A stretch of 64,000 bases of DNA from Heterodontus francisci (lineage: Eukaryota). This document shows, one piece after another, positions 48,394 through 60,915 of this stretch; positions within the stretch are counted from its first letter, which is position 1; each line of letters begins with the position of its first letter. The translations under genes and the position numbers were made by a program. Below the pieces are notes generated by a model. The model was not told where the DNA came from, made no database searches, and saw nothing but the letters and a program-made list of their open reading frames with translations. The stretch lies in NCBI RefSeq assembly GCF_036365525.1, contig NC_090379.1, positions 50,216,500 to 50,280,499 of the forward strand, in the 5' to 3' direction.

Positions 48394-50669
48394 TATATTT
48401 AAATAAAACCAGAAGGGCTAAAATGGTGTGGGCCTAATGTCAGTGAGCCCGGGTAAGCATTCCACTCACCTTGCCAGGCCCACATGCCCTGTTCATCCCA
48501 AGTTAAAAACGGGCCCATGAGAGTGATACGGGTAAGAGGTGAGGGCAGGCAGAGTGAAACAGTTTAACACCATGTGAGTGGTGTTCATGGGAACTGAAAA
48601 AAATTGTATTTTGAACTTACATAACAGGAACAAGGAATAAAGCAGCCATGAAGTGATAAAAGCTTCTGTTCTTATCAAAATAGCAAAATGAAAGGGAAGT
48701 ATTGTACAGTATTAGTCTCTTGCTATTGAGTGGTCTTGATACCATGATAATTTGTGACTTATGCAATTTTAATGCCAAAACCAATACACGTTTTGTTTTC
48801 AGGCTTCTCCCACATATATGGAGCAGTTCAAAGGCCAGAGATTGTGGGAATCATAGATTTACAGTCTCATTTGTTGGATAATCTAGTAGCAGATTTCTGC
48901 AATGGGACCCGTTTCATACCAGAGCATGCCCAAGGCCAGTTGTTATTAAATTCCAACCCAGCTATAGGTCACAGAATGTCAAGACTAATATAGGCTATTG
49001 GTTTCTAGAACAAATGTGATGAATTATAAATCCTTTCACATTAGTGCAGTCTTATTTAGGATGTAATATGTAAAATTTCAAAACCGTGTAAAATACATTT
49101 AAAGGAAAGGTGTCTGTTTGCCAGTCAATGATTTTTAATTTCTTAGTTTCTAACCAAAAATATTAAACTAATGTGAAGTTAAAGTTTGACTTATAAACTA
49201 GGATTAGTATGGATTCTATATTGTAAAAGCATGATGTTAGTATTAGCAGGAAAAATCATAATTTTCATGCCCTACATTGAAAGTAAAAGTATGCATTTTA
49301 TAAAGTCTCTAGTAATATTTTTCAGATCAGACATCAGCAAGAAGTCTGGTGATGTGTTGTAGTGGGATATCAATCCACTGTAAATGATGAGTTTCTGATT
49401 TCGCTTAGGCCGTTAGAGGATGATGTGAACAGAGGCCAAAAACTTGCCGAAGGACAAGAGCAAAAATTGAACAGGTCATGCTGGGCATTACTGAAAATCT
49501 GCGGGAAGCTTGGTGCATTGCTGCATTAACAATGTGTAAGCACATGGTGCAGAAAAGCCAAAAGAATTAACAAAGAAAGAGGAAAGACAGTGACCAGTAA
49601 TATTTCTCAGAAAAACAAAACTAAAATTGTTATATGTGATAATTAAACAATGAGGAAAAAGGGAGGCACTTTCGATCTGTTACAAACACAAGCTATCACT
49701 CAAAAACAGCTGCTGTCTTAAGATTCTGAGGAGTGGGTGAGTGTTAATCCTGCTATGTTGAATAGGGCCTAAACCCCACAGTTGAGCTCAAATTGACCAA
49801 GTTTTGGAGCAAAAAGGTACAATTTAATCCTTCTAGAATAGAGTTTCAGTTGAAAGGTTTTGCACTCTGATTATATTGCTTCCATTTTCCAGTTTTATTG
49901 CAAAATTAACTATTTATCAAGTTTAATGCTTCTTAACTTCAGGGATTAGATGGAATTGATATTGAGGTGTCAATGATTTTGCACTGCACTGACTGGTTAA
50001 ATCACAAAATGAACATCAGATATAGGGTAGCAACCAATAATCTCTTCTAACTGGGAGATGATAACATTGTATTTGATACTTAGTACCACCATTTTATCTG
50101 TGCTCCAAAATAAAACACTAAGTGTTAGCTATCACACTACTGGATTCAGAGGATTTAGTCTTGAAAGGTTTGTTAAATATTGCCATGCTGTCTCAAACTG
50201 TTGCTACAGCAGGGTGTTAAACTCTAACAAGCAGCCTTTGAAGTCTAATGAGAACATTGTGAGGTAGAAATCTAATAATAAACCCCTGAAATATTTCCCA
50301 ACAAATTTAATAATACATTATTTGGAGCATTGTATTCTTGCATGCAGAATAAATTATATTAAAATAAATGAACAGATAAGTTACAGTGTAAGGAAAGTGA
50401 GACTATTCTACTGTTCGCCAACGACTGCAAAATCTGTCTGCTTTCACCTGACAGCAAGGGGTTGATGAGAAAGGACTCTTTTGCATCTCATTTTAATTTA
50501 CTTCAGTGAGTATTGCCTGTCTGTGATTATTTCACGAAACCAATAGAACAAAATTCCTTTTCTTATTCCTGACTTTTCATGTGTTATTTTTCTTCTACTT
50601 AGTTGGGGATTGTGAGTCCACATCACACATTTCTTTTGAACAAATACATCAAGTGCACTCATGAGAACT

Positions 50670-50765
50670 CTGATGAAAGGTCATCGACCTGAAACGTTAA
50701 CTCTATTTCTCTCTCCACAGATACAGCCTCAGCTGCTGAGTATTTCCAGCATTTTCTGCGTTTAT
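50670..50765 (+). mobile_element. Penelope terminal repeat with intact minimal hammerhead core
   Basis: CTGATGA a AGGTC atc GACCT GAAAC GTT AACT followed by ctatttctctctccacagat...gagtatttccagcattttctg. Confidence 0.75.
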
Positions 50766-51282
50766 TTAAGCCTGTTAATGAGCTTGTTGTCAGCTCGATA
50801 AGGGCTATCCTGCATTTTTTGTGCAGGGAGGTGGTTGGGGCCATCTCAGGAGTCAAAGCACTCATCAGGATGGCAAGAACACTAGGGCACATCTGTTTGA
50901 GGCACATTTCACCTAGCACTACTCATCCAGCAAGACTGCATACTCTGGTACTCACTTTGCTCTGATTGTGAGAACACATCCAAAAGACACACAACTTTGA
51001 ATAGTTCTATTCTTACCAACAATGCATGGAACTCATCTCTCCAGTGATCTCAGTGTCCCTGTTCAAAGATCATTACTTCCCTTCACCACTTCTTTTGCAG
51101 TTTTGCCATCAAAGAAAGGAAGCTCACATGTCTGGGAACACAGCACAACATTTCCAATGTAATTAAATTAACAATTCACACAAGCAAACATGAAAGCCAG
51201 CCAAGTGAATCACTAAGTGCAATGAATGACACAGTGGCCTTAGCTCTCGGCCCCTTCTACGCGGTGCTCCCCTTGTGACCTC

Positions 51283-51828
51283 GGATGAGTGCAGCTCTAA
51301 CAACACTCAAGAAACTCGACACCATCCAGGACAGCACAGCCTGCTTGATCGGCACCCCATCCACCATCTTAAACATTCACTTGATGGGCCAAATGTCCTC
51401 CTTCTGTGCCATAATGCCTCTATATGACTGTATGACTCTCCCTCCACCACAGGCGCATTGTGGCAGCAGTGTGTACCATCTCCAAGATGCATTGCAATAC
51501 CTTGCCAAGGCTTCTGCGAAAGTACCACCCAAACCCACAACCTCTACCACCTATAAGGACAGGGCAACAGGCACATGGGAACGCCACCACCTGCAAGCTC
51601 CCCCCTCTAAGTCACACACCATCCTGATTTGGAAATATATCACTTCATTGTCACTGAGGGAAAATCCTGGAATTCCTTACCTAACGGCACGATGGGAGTA
51701 TCTTCAACACTTGGACTGCAACAGTTCAGGAAGGTAGCTCACCACCACCTTTTCAAGTGCAATTAGGGATGGCTAATAAATGCTGGCCTTGCCAGCGATG
51801 CTCACATCCCTTGATTGACTAAAAAAAG
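51283..51828 (+). mobile_element. 3' fragment of the tRNA-headed LINE family with a ~55-bp CR1 tail inserted (~51380-51435)
   Basis: TTLKKLDTIQD...LIGTPST, family tail and poly(A). Confidence 0.85.
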
Positions 51829-51829
51829 A

Positions 51830-53200
51830 GTACATGAACAGGAGGGGAGAGCATGACAAGGGAGAATACAAAGAGATTAGGAGTGATGTCAAAAAGAATT
51901 AGGAAGGCAAAGAGGAACTATGAAATTAAATTATCAAAGAGCATAAAACAAAATAGTAAAATATTCTCGAAGCACATAGATGAAAGAAGGCAAGTCCACA
52001 CGGGAATAGGGCCATCAAGAAATGGAAAGCATACAAACACAGGCAACAATAGCAAAATGGCAGAGGAGAAAGATCAAGTGGACATGACATTGAAAGATGA
52101 GGTTAGAAATTATATAACTGTATTTAAAATAAAAAAGGAAAACTATAAAATAAACTAATCAAGCTCAAAGAGGATAAAACCCCTGCTCCAGATGGATTGC
52201 ATCTGTGTATTCTAAAAAATCTAGGGAAGTGATAGCAGAGGCATTATTACATATATTTAATTCTAATGCATTAGAAAAAGGTGTATTGCTAGAGGGCCCT
52301 GGGGATAGCTAACACTAACCCTACACTAAAGAAAAGAGATTGAACATGTCCAACAACAACTTATATTTATATAGTACCTTTAATGTAATAAAATACCTCA
52401 AGGTGCTTTACAGGAGCTTTATAAAACAAAGTGTGACACTGAGCCACAAGAGGAGATATTTGATTAGATGACCAAAAGCTTGGTCAAAGAGGTAGGTTTT
52501 AAGGAGTGTCTTAAAGGAGGAAAGCGAGGTGGAGAGGCGGAGAGGAGTAGAGAAGAGGGTATTCCAGAGCTTGGGGCCGAGGCAACTGAAGGTGTGGCTA
52601 CCAATGGTGAAACGATTAAAATCAGGGATGCATAAGAGGCCAGAATTAGATGAGAATTTTGAGGGCTGTGGGGCTACAGAGATAGGGAGGGGTGAGGCCA
52701 TAGAGGGATTTGGAAACAAGGATGAGAATTTTAAAATCAGGATGTTGTTCAGGGAACGATAGACTAGTCAGCTTATCCTCGGTGGTAGTAAAAGTAATAG
52801 AATCCCTACTAAAGAAGAAACTGGAAATGCATCTAGAAAGCAAAAATCTAATAATAGCATGGATTTCAAAAAAAATCTTGCTTTTCCCAAATCATTGAGT
52901 TCTTTGAAGAGGTACAGTATGAGTAGACAAAGGTAATGAAGTAGATATAATTTATTTAGATTTCCAAAAGGCCTTTGATAAGGTGCCACATAATAGAATA
53001 ATGAATAAGGTCAGAGCACACAAAGTCAGGGGACAGGTAGCAGAATGGATAGCTAGCTGGCTGCAGGACAGAAAACAGAGATTAGGGTAAAGGATAATAT
53101 TCAGAGTGACAGAAGGTGGACAGTGGGGTCCCACAAGGATCAGTGCTGGGACCACTATTATTTATGATTTACAGTAACAATTTAGACTTTGGAATCAAAA
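51830..53200 (+). mobile_element. Old CR1 ORF2 fragment
   Basis: [22 protein letters not shown]-coding segment and [14 protein letters not shown]. Confidence 0.85.
52351..52750 (-). mobile_element. L2 3' end inserted in the CR1
   Basis: DFKILILV, FSCLGPKLWNTL, SLSSFKTLLKTYLFDQAF and tail ggtactatataaatataagttgttgttg. Confidence 0.9.
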
Positions 53201-53204
53201 CACA

Positions 53205-55125
53205 TACTGCAAAATTTGGTTACGTGGCGCCTGTATTTTTGGCTCTACGGGTACTGATCTGGGTCCAAAATGGCAATAGCTGCACATGCACACATTTCTG
53301 TTGCTGGCCGCACTAGACGCCATTTTGGTGAGGGCGTTCATGTGAGCTCAAGGAGTGTGCAGTGGAAGCATGCAGAGTAGGCAGATCCTGATATCTGTCA
53401 GTGGGTAATGCTGATTTGATACACCGGTGTCATTTTCAGCCTCAACGTTCCATGTGAACATGCTTTTAGCAGCAGGAAGAAATCCTCCACCAGTGCTATT
53501 TAAAGGGATTATCAACTACTTTCAGGTGAGTTGCTGATTGATTTCTTTCGGCTGTTGCTATGATTGTAGAAATGTTTTGTGTTTTGTGCTGCTGATAAAG
53601 TTGCTGTGTCTACAGGGAGTGATGTGGCATGTGCTGAAGGCCTTGGTTCTGACTTCAAGCTTTCTGCTCAGACACATGGGTGCAGTCGTTTGTATTCCCC
53701 TTGATCTGCAACATGGCAGGGAGAATAAGTAGGGGCAAAACAGAGGAGAATGAGCTGCTTGAAGAGGAAGGAGGTGGGGGGCGGGGGAGGGAGAAGGGAT
53801 CTGAGTAGGATGCCATATCCACCAAGGGTTTGCAAGGAACAATTCTCCTACCACAACCTCAAGGAAGAACAGTGCGTGAGATGTCTTTGCTTCACCAAGG
53901 AGGTGCTCACTGAAATCTGCTACCTGTTGCAGCCCGAACTGCATCCTCAAAGCAGGGTGAGGATGGCATTGCCAGTGGCTGTGAAGATGACTGTGGCCAT
54001 GAACTGTTAAGCATCAGGCTTCTTCCAGGCTGGAGCAGACCTTATTTGCAACATCTCCCACATTGTCATCCATTGTTGCATGAGGGACATCACTGAGTCT
54101 CTGTATGCAAAGAGAGCTGTAAAAATTTCATCGTCTCTTGCCAGAGAGAAGTACGTGGAGCAAGTACTCAGCTTTGTCAGGACTGCAGACTTCCCCATGG
54201 TGCAGGGTGATATTGACTGCACACATCGCTTTACAGACACCACATATAAATTATGAGATGTACTGCAACTGAAAGGGATTCCACACTCCCAACATTTAGC
54301 TGGTGTGTGGCCATACCCAATGTATCACACAGGTCAATGCCCAGTATACTGGGCAGCAAATCATGTTACCTTGATTCTGAGCCACCACGACAAACAAGAG
54401 GCTGGCTATTGGGTGACAAGGGTTATCCACTAACCTCTTGGTTTATACTCCAGTGCTACAGCCATGCACGTGTGGGCAGCATACGGATAATGAAAACTTT
54501 TCTGCCACACAAAATATGATCAAGCAGTTCATTGGGTCATTGGAGTGCTTAAGCAATGCTTCTGCTGCCTGGACCGCTCTGGAGGAACCCTGCAAAACTT
54601 GACAGGGCAGTGTCATGATTCATCATTGTCTGCTGAATGCTGCACATCTGTGCCATCTCGAGAGCACAGCCCTTGTCACCAGGTATACAGCAAGCAGCTG
54701 AGGAAGAGGAAGAGGGAGACGAGGAGGAAGGCAGGAGGCAACAAACACTGCCCTTTTCTAGTCAAGCTATCCATGATTAGCTCATCCAACTGTGGTGCTA
54801 GTGAACACAACCTCAATTCCCCATCACCAACAGTCCCACAACTTCCTTCCCTCTGGTACTGACATCACATTGGCCACAATGCAAAAATAACAGCCACCAC
54901 AAAATAAACATTCCTAATTGCGAGGACAACCCTGTAGCTACTGACCTCCTCTGTGATCTCCTTCCAGGCTTGCTTCATCTGGTGGGCCGCTCTCCTCCTC
55001 CTGTCTCAGGGGAAGAGGACCTCCCTCCTTGCCTGAACAGCTTGGAGGAGAACCTGCATGGAGGATTCACTGAACTGTGGGGTCATCCTGGATCTTCCTT
55101 CTGCCATTTCTTGTGCTGCCCCTGG
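53205..55125 (+). mobile_element. PIF/Harbinger transposon remnant: transposase (+, ~53800-54700) and Myb/SANT ORF (-, ~54920-55110)
   Basis: EEQCVRCLCFTKEVLTEIC, ALPVAVKMTVAMN, FPMVQGDIDCTH, GWLLGDKGYPL, CLDRSGGTLQ. Antisense PQFSESSMQVLLQAVQARREVLFP. Confidence 0.88.
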
Positions 55126-58060
55126 ATGACAAAAGAGGTAGAGATTAAGATAAAGAAGAAAAAGTGTACTTATGACAGATGCGAGGTAGAAAACACTATT
55201 GAGGACCAGGCTGAATATAGAGGGTTCAGAGAGGAAGTGAAAAAGCAAATAAGAGAAGCAAAGAGAAAACATGAAAAGAGACTGGCAGCTAACATTAAAG
55301 GGAATCCCAAAGTTTTCTGTAGACATATAAATAGTAAACGGTTGGTAACAGGAGGAGTGGGGCCAATTAAGGACCATACAGGGGATTTATGTATGGAGGC
55401 AGAGGGCACAGCTGAGGTATTAAATTAATAATTTGCATCTGTCTTTATCAAGGCAGAAGATGCAACCCAGGAACTGGTGAAAGAGGAGGTAATTCAGACA
55501 CTATAAAGGTTTAAAATTGATCAAGAGGACATATTAGATACGCTGACTGTCCTTAAAGTGGATAAGACACCAGGACCGGATGAGATACATCCAAGGATAC
55601 TGAGTGAAGAGAGTGTGGAAATCGAGGAGGCATTGGCCATAATTTTACAGTCTTCCTTACACTCAGGGATGGTGCCAGAGGACTGGAGAATTGCAAATGT
55701 TATACCCTTGTTCAAAAAAGGGTGTAAAGATAAGCCCAGCAACTACATGCCAGTCAGTTTAACTTCGGTGGTGGGGAAACTTCTAGAAAGAATAATTTGG
55801 GACAAAATTAATAGTCACATGGACAAATGCAGGTTAATTAAAGAAAGCCAGCATGGATTTCTTAAGGGAAATCATGTTTAACTAACCTGCTGTAGTTTTT
55901 TGAGGTGGTAACATGGAGGGTTGATGAGGGCAGTGCTGTTGATGTGGTGTACATGGACTTTCAAAAGGTGTTTGATACAGTGCCACACAACAGACCTGTG
56001 AGCAAAGTTATAGCTCAGCGAATAAAAGGGATGGTAGCAACATAGATACGGAATTGGCTGAGTGACTTGAAACAGAGTCGTGATTATTGGATGTTTTTCG
56101 GACTGGAGAAAGGTTTGTAGTGGAGTTCCCCAGGAGTCAGCGTTGGGACTCTTGCTTTTCCTGATATATATTAATGACCTAGACTCTGGTGTACAGGGCA
56201 CAATATCAAAGTTTGTGGATGATACAAAACTTGGAAGAATTGTGAACTGTGAGGAAGATAGAGTTCTTCTTCTTTGGCCTCCTTATCTCGAGAGACAATG
56301 GGTAAGCGCCTGGAGGTGGTCAGTGGTGTGTGGAGCAGCGCCTGGAGTGGCTATAAAAGCCAATTCTAGAGCGACAGGCTCTTCCACAGGTGCTGCAGAA
56401 ATTTTTTTTTGTCGGGGCAGTTACACATTTGGCTCTCCCCTTGCGCTTCTGTCTTTTTTCCTGCCAACTGCTAAGTCTCTTCGACTCGCCACACTTTAGT
56501 CCCGCCTTTATGGCTGCCCGCCAGCTCTGGCGAACGCTGGCAACTGACTCCCACGACTTGTGATCAATATCACAGGACTTCATGTCGCGTTTGCAGACGT
56601 CTTTAAAGTGGAGACATGGTCGGCCGGTGGGTCTGATCATGTTGTTCGGTGCGGTGTTGCAGTCCACTTTTCGGGCAATGACCCTGAGCTCCAAGCACCC
56701 ATTGAAGCAGGTGGATTGTGGCGGGAACCTTATTGACCGGGGGCTGCCCGGTTTGAGGCAGGCGGTAGCTGTCCAGTGAGGTGCAATGACCTCTCCCACT
56801 GACAAAGTCAACCCGTGGCGCCCAATCTCTATGCCAATTGAGCTGGACTTATAACCCATAACTGCTGCCTTCCGTGTTGTTTCAGTCGCTGTGAGGCGAC
56901 TATGAAGTGACCTCTCCATGGCGCATGCCTGGGCGAATGTATGGAGGTTGAGAGTTGCCCAAGTGTCAAAACCCCCCTCTCGGCCTTTCTGGTGGGGTCC
57001 AAAGGAGTGCAGAGCACGACGTTTGGCACCGGTATGGCTGCAGGAACTGCCAGAAACATGCCAAGGGTGACCCATGACCGCCTACGGGGTTCCGCTCCGT
57101 ATTTTCTGTTAGGGTTTACTCCCTTAGCCTTAGTCTCTCCCGAGATGCCCACAAGGCAGTGGGGTTGTTAGGGGCGCTACACAGGTGTAGGAGTGTAGAA
57201 CTCCAAAAAGACATAGACATGTTGGTGGAATGGGCAGACAGGTGGCAGATGAAGTTCAGTGCAGAGAAATGTGAAGTGATTCATTTTGGTAGGAAGAACA
57301 TGGAGAGACAATATAGAATAAAAGGCACAATTCTAAAGGGGGTGCAGGAGCAGAGAGACCTGGGTGTATATGTGCATAAGTCATTGAAGGTGGCAGGACA
57401 GGTTGGGAGAGCAGTTAATAAATTATACTGTATCCTGGGCTTTATTAATAGAGGCATAGAGCACAAGAACAAGAAAGCTATGTTGAACTTGTATAAAACA
57501 CGAGTTCAGCCTCAGCTGGTGTATTGCATACAGTTCTGGGTGCCATACTTTAGGAAAGACGTGAGGGTATTGGAGAGAGTACAGAAAAGATTCACACAAA
57601 TGGTTCCATGGATGAGGAACTTCGTTATGAAGATAGATTGGAGAAGTTAGGACTGTTTTCCTTGGAGAAGAGAAGGCTGAGAGGTGATTTGATAGAGGTA
57701 TTCAAAATCATGAAGGGTCTGGACTGAATAGATAGAAACTGTTCCCACTCGTGAAAGGATCAAGAACGAGAGGGCACAGATTTAAAGTATTTGGTAAGAG
57801 AAGCAAAAGTGGCATGAGCAAAAACTTTTTCACGTAGCGAGCGGTTAAGGTCTGGAATACACTATCTGAGAGTGTGGTGGAGGCAGGTTCAGTTGAAGCA
57901 TTCAGAAGGGAATTAGACTATTATACGAAAATGTGCAGGGTTACGGGGAGAAGGCAGGGGAATGGAACTGAGTGAATTGCTCTTTCAGAGAGCTGGTGTG
58001 GACATGATGGGCTGAATGGCCTCTTTCTGCACTGTAACAATTCTGTGATTCTGTGATTCT
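55126..58060 (+). mobile_element. CR1 LINE ORF2 to tail, split by an RTE derivative
   Basis: KTPGPDEIHPRIL, VPEDWRIANV, FVDDTKLG, WADRWQMKF and (attctgtg)n tail. Confidence 0.95.
56265..57190 (-). mobile_element. Internally deleted (5' part plus 3' part) RTE LINE derivative
   Basis: 56265-56637 is near-identical to 18928-19300, including the (GAA)n tail. 56638-57190 is a CpG-rich putative 5' leader. GAGT flanks both sides (56261-56264, 57191-57194). Confidence 0.85.
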
Positions 58061-58074
58061 ATAGGCTTGACCTA

Positions 58075-59955
58075 GTGATAACTTTTCCGTTGTGGGGGAA
58101 CCAAAACTCAGGTTCTGAGATGTACAATAGTCACTAATAAATCCAATAAGGAATTCAGGTGCAACATCTTTATGCAGAGAGCAGTTAGAATGTAAAACTT
58201 GATACCCCATGGAGTAATTTAGGCAAATAGCATAGGTACTTTTAAGGGGAAGCTAGATAAGTACACGAGGAAGAAAGGTGTCGGATATGCACCTCAAGCG
58301 CTGTAACCTGCAGGGCTACGGACCAAATGCTGGAAGGTGAGATTAGGCTGGGTTGCTTGTTTTTGTCTGGCACAGACACATTGGGCCAAGTGGCCTCTTT
58401 CTGTGCCATTGACTTTCTATGTTTCTGTGAAAGGAATAGGAGGATATGCTGATAGAGCTAGATGAAGTAAAGTGCAAGGAGGCTCATGTGAAGCATAAAC
58501 CATAGATCAATTAGCATAGACCAGGTTGGCTGAATGGCCTGTTTCTGTACTGGAAATCCTAATTAATCCTATGTAAGTTCAAGCTATAGGGGTAGAAATT
58601 CATTTTGGGCAGTAGTGCAATATGGGTGGTATTGCATTCACTACCTGTTACACAGCTCACACAATATTCAGTTCTGTTGACTTCAACAGAATCCATTTGG
58701 TTTGAGTTGAGAAGCAAAAAGGGTATGATGACACTACTGGGGGAATTCCATAGGCCTCCAAATAGTGAGAGAGAGAGACAGAAGTGCAAATCTGCAGTGA
58801 CACCAAACAGATGTGCAAGAACTATAGAGTGGTGATATGGGGGACTTCAATTACCCAAATATCAATTGGGTAAATATGTTCTCAGTCCAATTGGGAAGGA
58901 GGCATTGCTGGATCTGATGCTGGAGAATGAGGTGGGCCAAGAGGAGTCTGTGGAGGAACACTGGGGTTAGAGTGATCATTGTATCATAAGGTTTAGACTC
59001 GTAATAGAGAAGAGCAAGGAACAATTTAAAATAGAATTTCAATTGGATGAGAGGAAACCTAGCCAGTGTAAAATGGAACCAAACATTGACAGGAAAAACT
59101 GTAACAGAACCATGGGTGGTCCTTAAGGAGGATATATTTCAGGTGCAGGCTGGATACATTCCAACAAGTGCGAAAGGTAAGAGAACCAAAGCCAGGGCTC
59201 CTTCAATGATGAAGGAGATAGAGAATATGATGAAACAAAAAAAGAGGGTGCATGATGCATGTCAGGTGAATTCTTCAAGCAAGAACCAGGCCAAATGCAG
59301 TAACTTGAGAGGGAAACTTAAGAGGGAAATAAGACTGGCAAAGAGAGAATATGAAAATAGAATGGCAGTTAGGGGGTGAGGCTTATTATGGACAAAGAGG
59401 ATGACATCGGCTTAGAGTTGCAGGGCAAGGCTAGAATGCTTAATGAGTACTTTGTATCAGTGTTTACTAAGGAAGAGGATGCTGACAAAATATTGATAGC
59501 AGTGGAGATGAAAGAGGTAATGGATGGGGTGAAAATTGATAGGCAGGATGTACTGGAAAGGATGGCTGTCCTTAGAGTGGATAAGTTGCCTTGTCTGGAT
59601 GGCTTGCATCCCAGATTGCTAAAGGAAATGGGTTTGGAGATAGTGGAAGGGCTTGCCATAATCTTCCAATCTTCCCTAGATATGGGGGAGGTGCCAGAGG
59701 ATTGGAGAGTGGCAAATGTGTCACCCTTATTCAATGAAGGGTGCAAGGACATTCCTATTAACTACAGGTCAGTCAGTTTAACATCAGTGATGTGTAAGGT
59801 TTTAGAAGGAATAATCAGGGAAAAAAACCAACAGGCTCTTGGAGAGGTTTGAGTTAAGTAAGCATAGCCGGCACAAATTTGTAAAAGGCAGATCGTGCTT
59901 GAATTTTTTGATGAAGTAACGGAGAAGGTTGATGAAGGGAAAATGATGGATGTTT
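58075..59955 (+). mobile_element. Stack of old CR1 fragments (tails 58075-58555; endonuclease-RT 58680-59955)
   Basis: ESIWFELRSKKG, GDFNYPNINW-coding segment, LNEYFVSVFTKE and VPEDWRVANV. Confidence 0.85.
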
Positions 59956-59959
59956 ATCG

Positions 59960-60086
59960 GAACTTACTGTGTGCAAATTGACAGTATAACAGGTGCTATA
60001 TTTCAAAAGTACTTCATTGGCTATAAAGTGCTTTGGGACATCCTGAGGTTGTGAAAGGCTCTATATAAATGCAAATCTTTCTTTCT
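59960..60086 (+). mobile_element. DeuSINE 3' fragment
   Basis: ttcaaaagtacttcattggctataaagtgctttgggacatcctgaggttgtgaaagg...aaatgcaaatctttctttc. Confidence 0.8.
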
Positions 60087-60589
60087 GTCATTATCACAAG
60101 ATTTGTAATTGTTATTTTCCCCAGTAGACTGTGGAAAATTTGACAATGGAATAGGATGAGAGGGATTATAGAAACCCAAATAATTTGCAATTATAATTAA
60201 GCAACATTTGTTTAAAAATACAAAATAAAAACAGAAAATGCTGGAAAGATATTGTAGGACAATTAGTGTCTGTGAAGTGAAAAGGCACATTCGGGCATTT
60301 TGTGTGTGTAACTCTTCATCAGTGCTGGAGAATTGCAACAAAATGGGTGTGATGATAGAGGTGGAAAATACAGTAAATTGCAGAGCCTAGCCACCAAGTT
60401 TCTCATCTCTCCTATTTTCTTGCATTTCCTTAGGCCTCCCACTGAAGTTATTTACATATCATTTGTCCCTTTAATTTTTTTTTTACTTTTGACTGAACTA
60501 ATTTGCTACATTATTACACTCACAATACTATCTTGGTTTGCTTTATATACAGTATTAAATGTCTGTTTTTATATCCAGCTGTACCTTCA

Positions 60590-60915
60590 GTTCACGAGGC
60601 CCTAAGCTCTGGAATTCTCGCCCTAACCCTCTCTGCCACTATACCACTCTCTTCTCCTTTAAGACCCTCCTTTAAACATCCCTTTTTGGGCATCTGTCCT
60701 AATATCTCCTTCTGTGGCTTGTTGTCGGATTTTATTTGACACTTCTGTGAAGCGACTTAGGATGTTTTACTATGTTAAAGGCGCTATATAAATGCAAGTT
60801 GTTGTACTTTGTCCAAAATGTTAACTTGTATTTCTCTCTCCACAGATGCTGCCTGGCCTGATGAGTATTTCCAATAGCTTCTACTTCTGTTTCAGATTTC
60901 CAGCAGCTGCATTTT
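60590..60915 (+). mobile_element. L2 3' end (60590-60805) followed by a Penelope terminal fragment (60815-60915)
   Basis: ggccctaagctctggaatt...aaaggcgctatataaatgcaagttgttg, then tctctctccacagatgctgcc...gagtatttcc. Confidence 0.75.

Noticed and set aside
49409-49535. Exon-like GC-richer segment ending in gtaag
   Set aside because: No frame is open from acceptor to donor. RRTRAKIEQ looks more like a decayed Harbinger transposase C-terminus.
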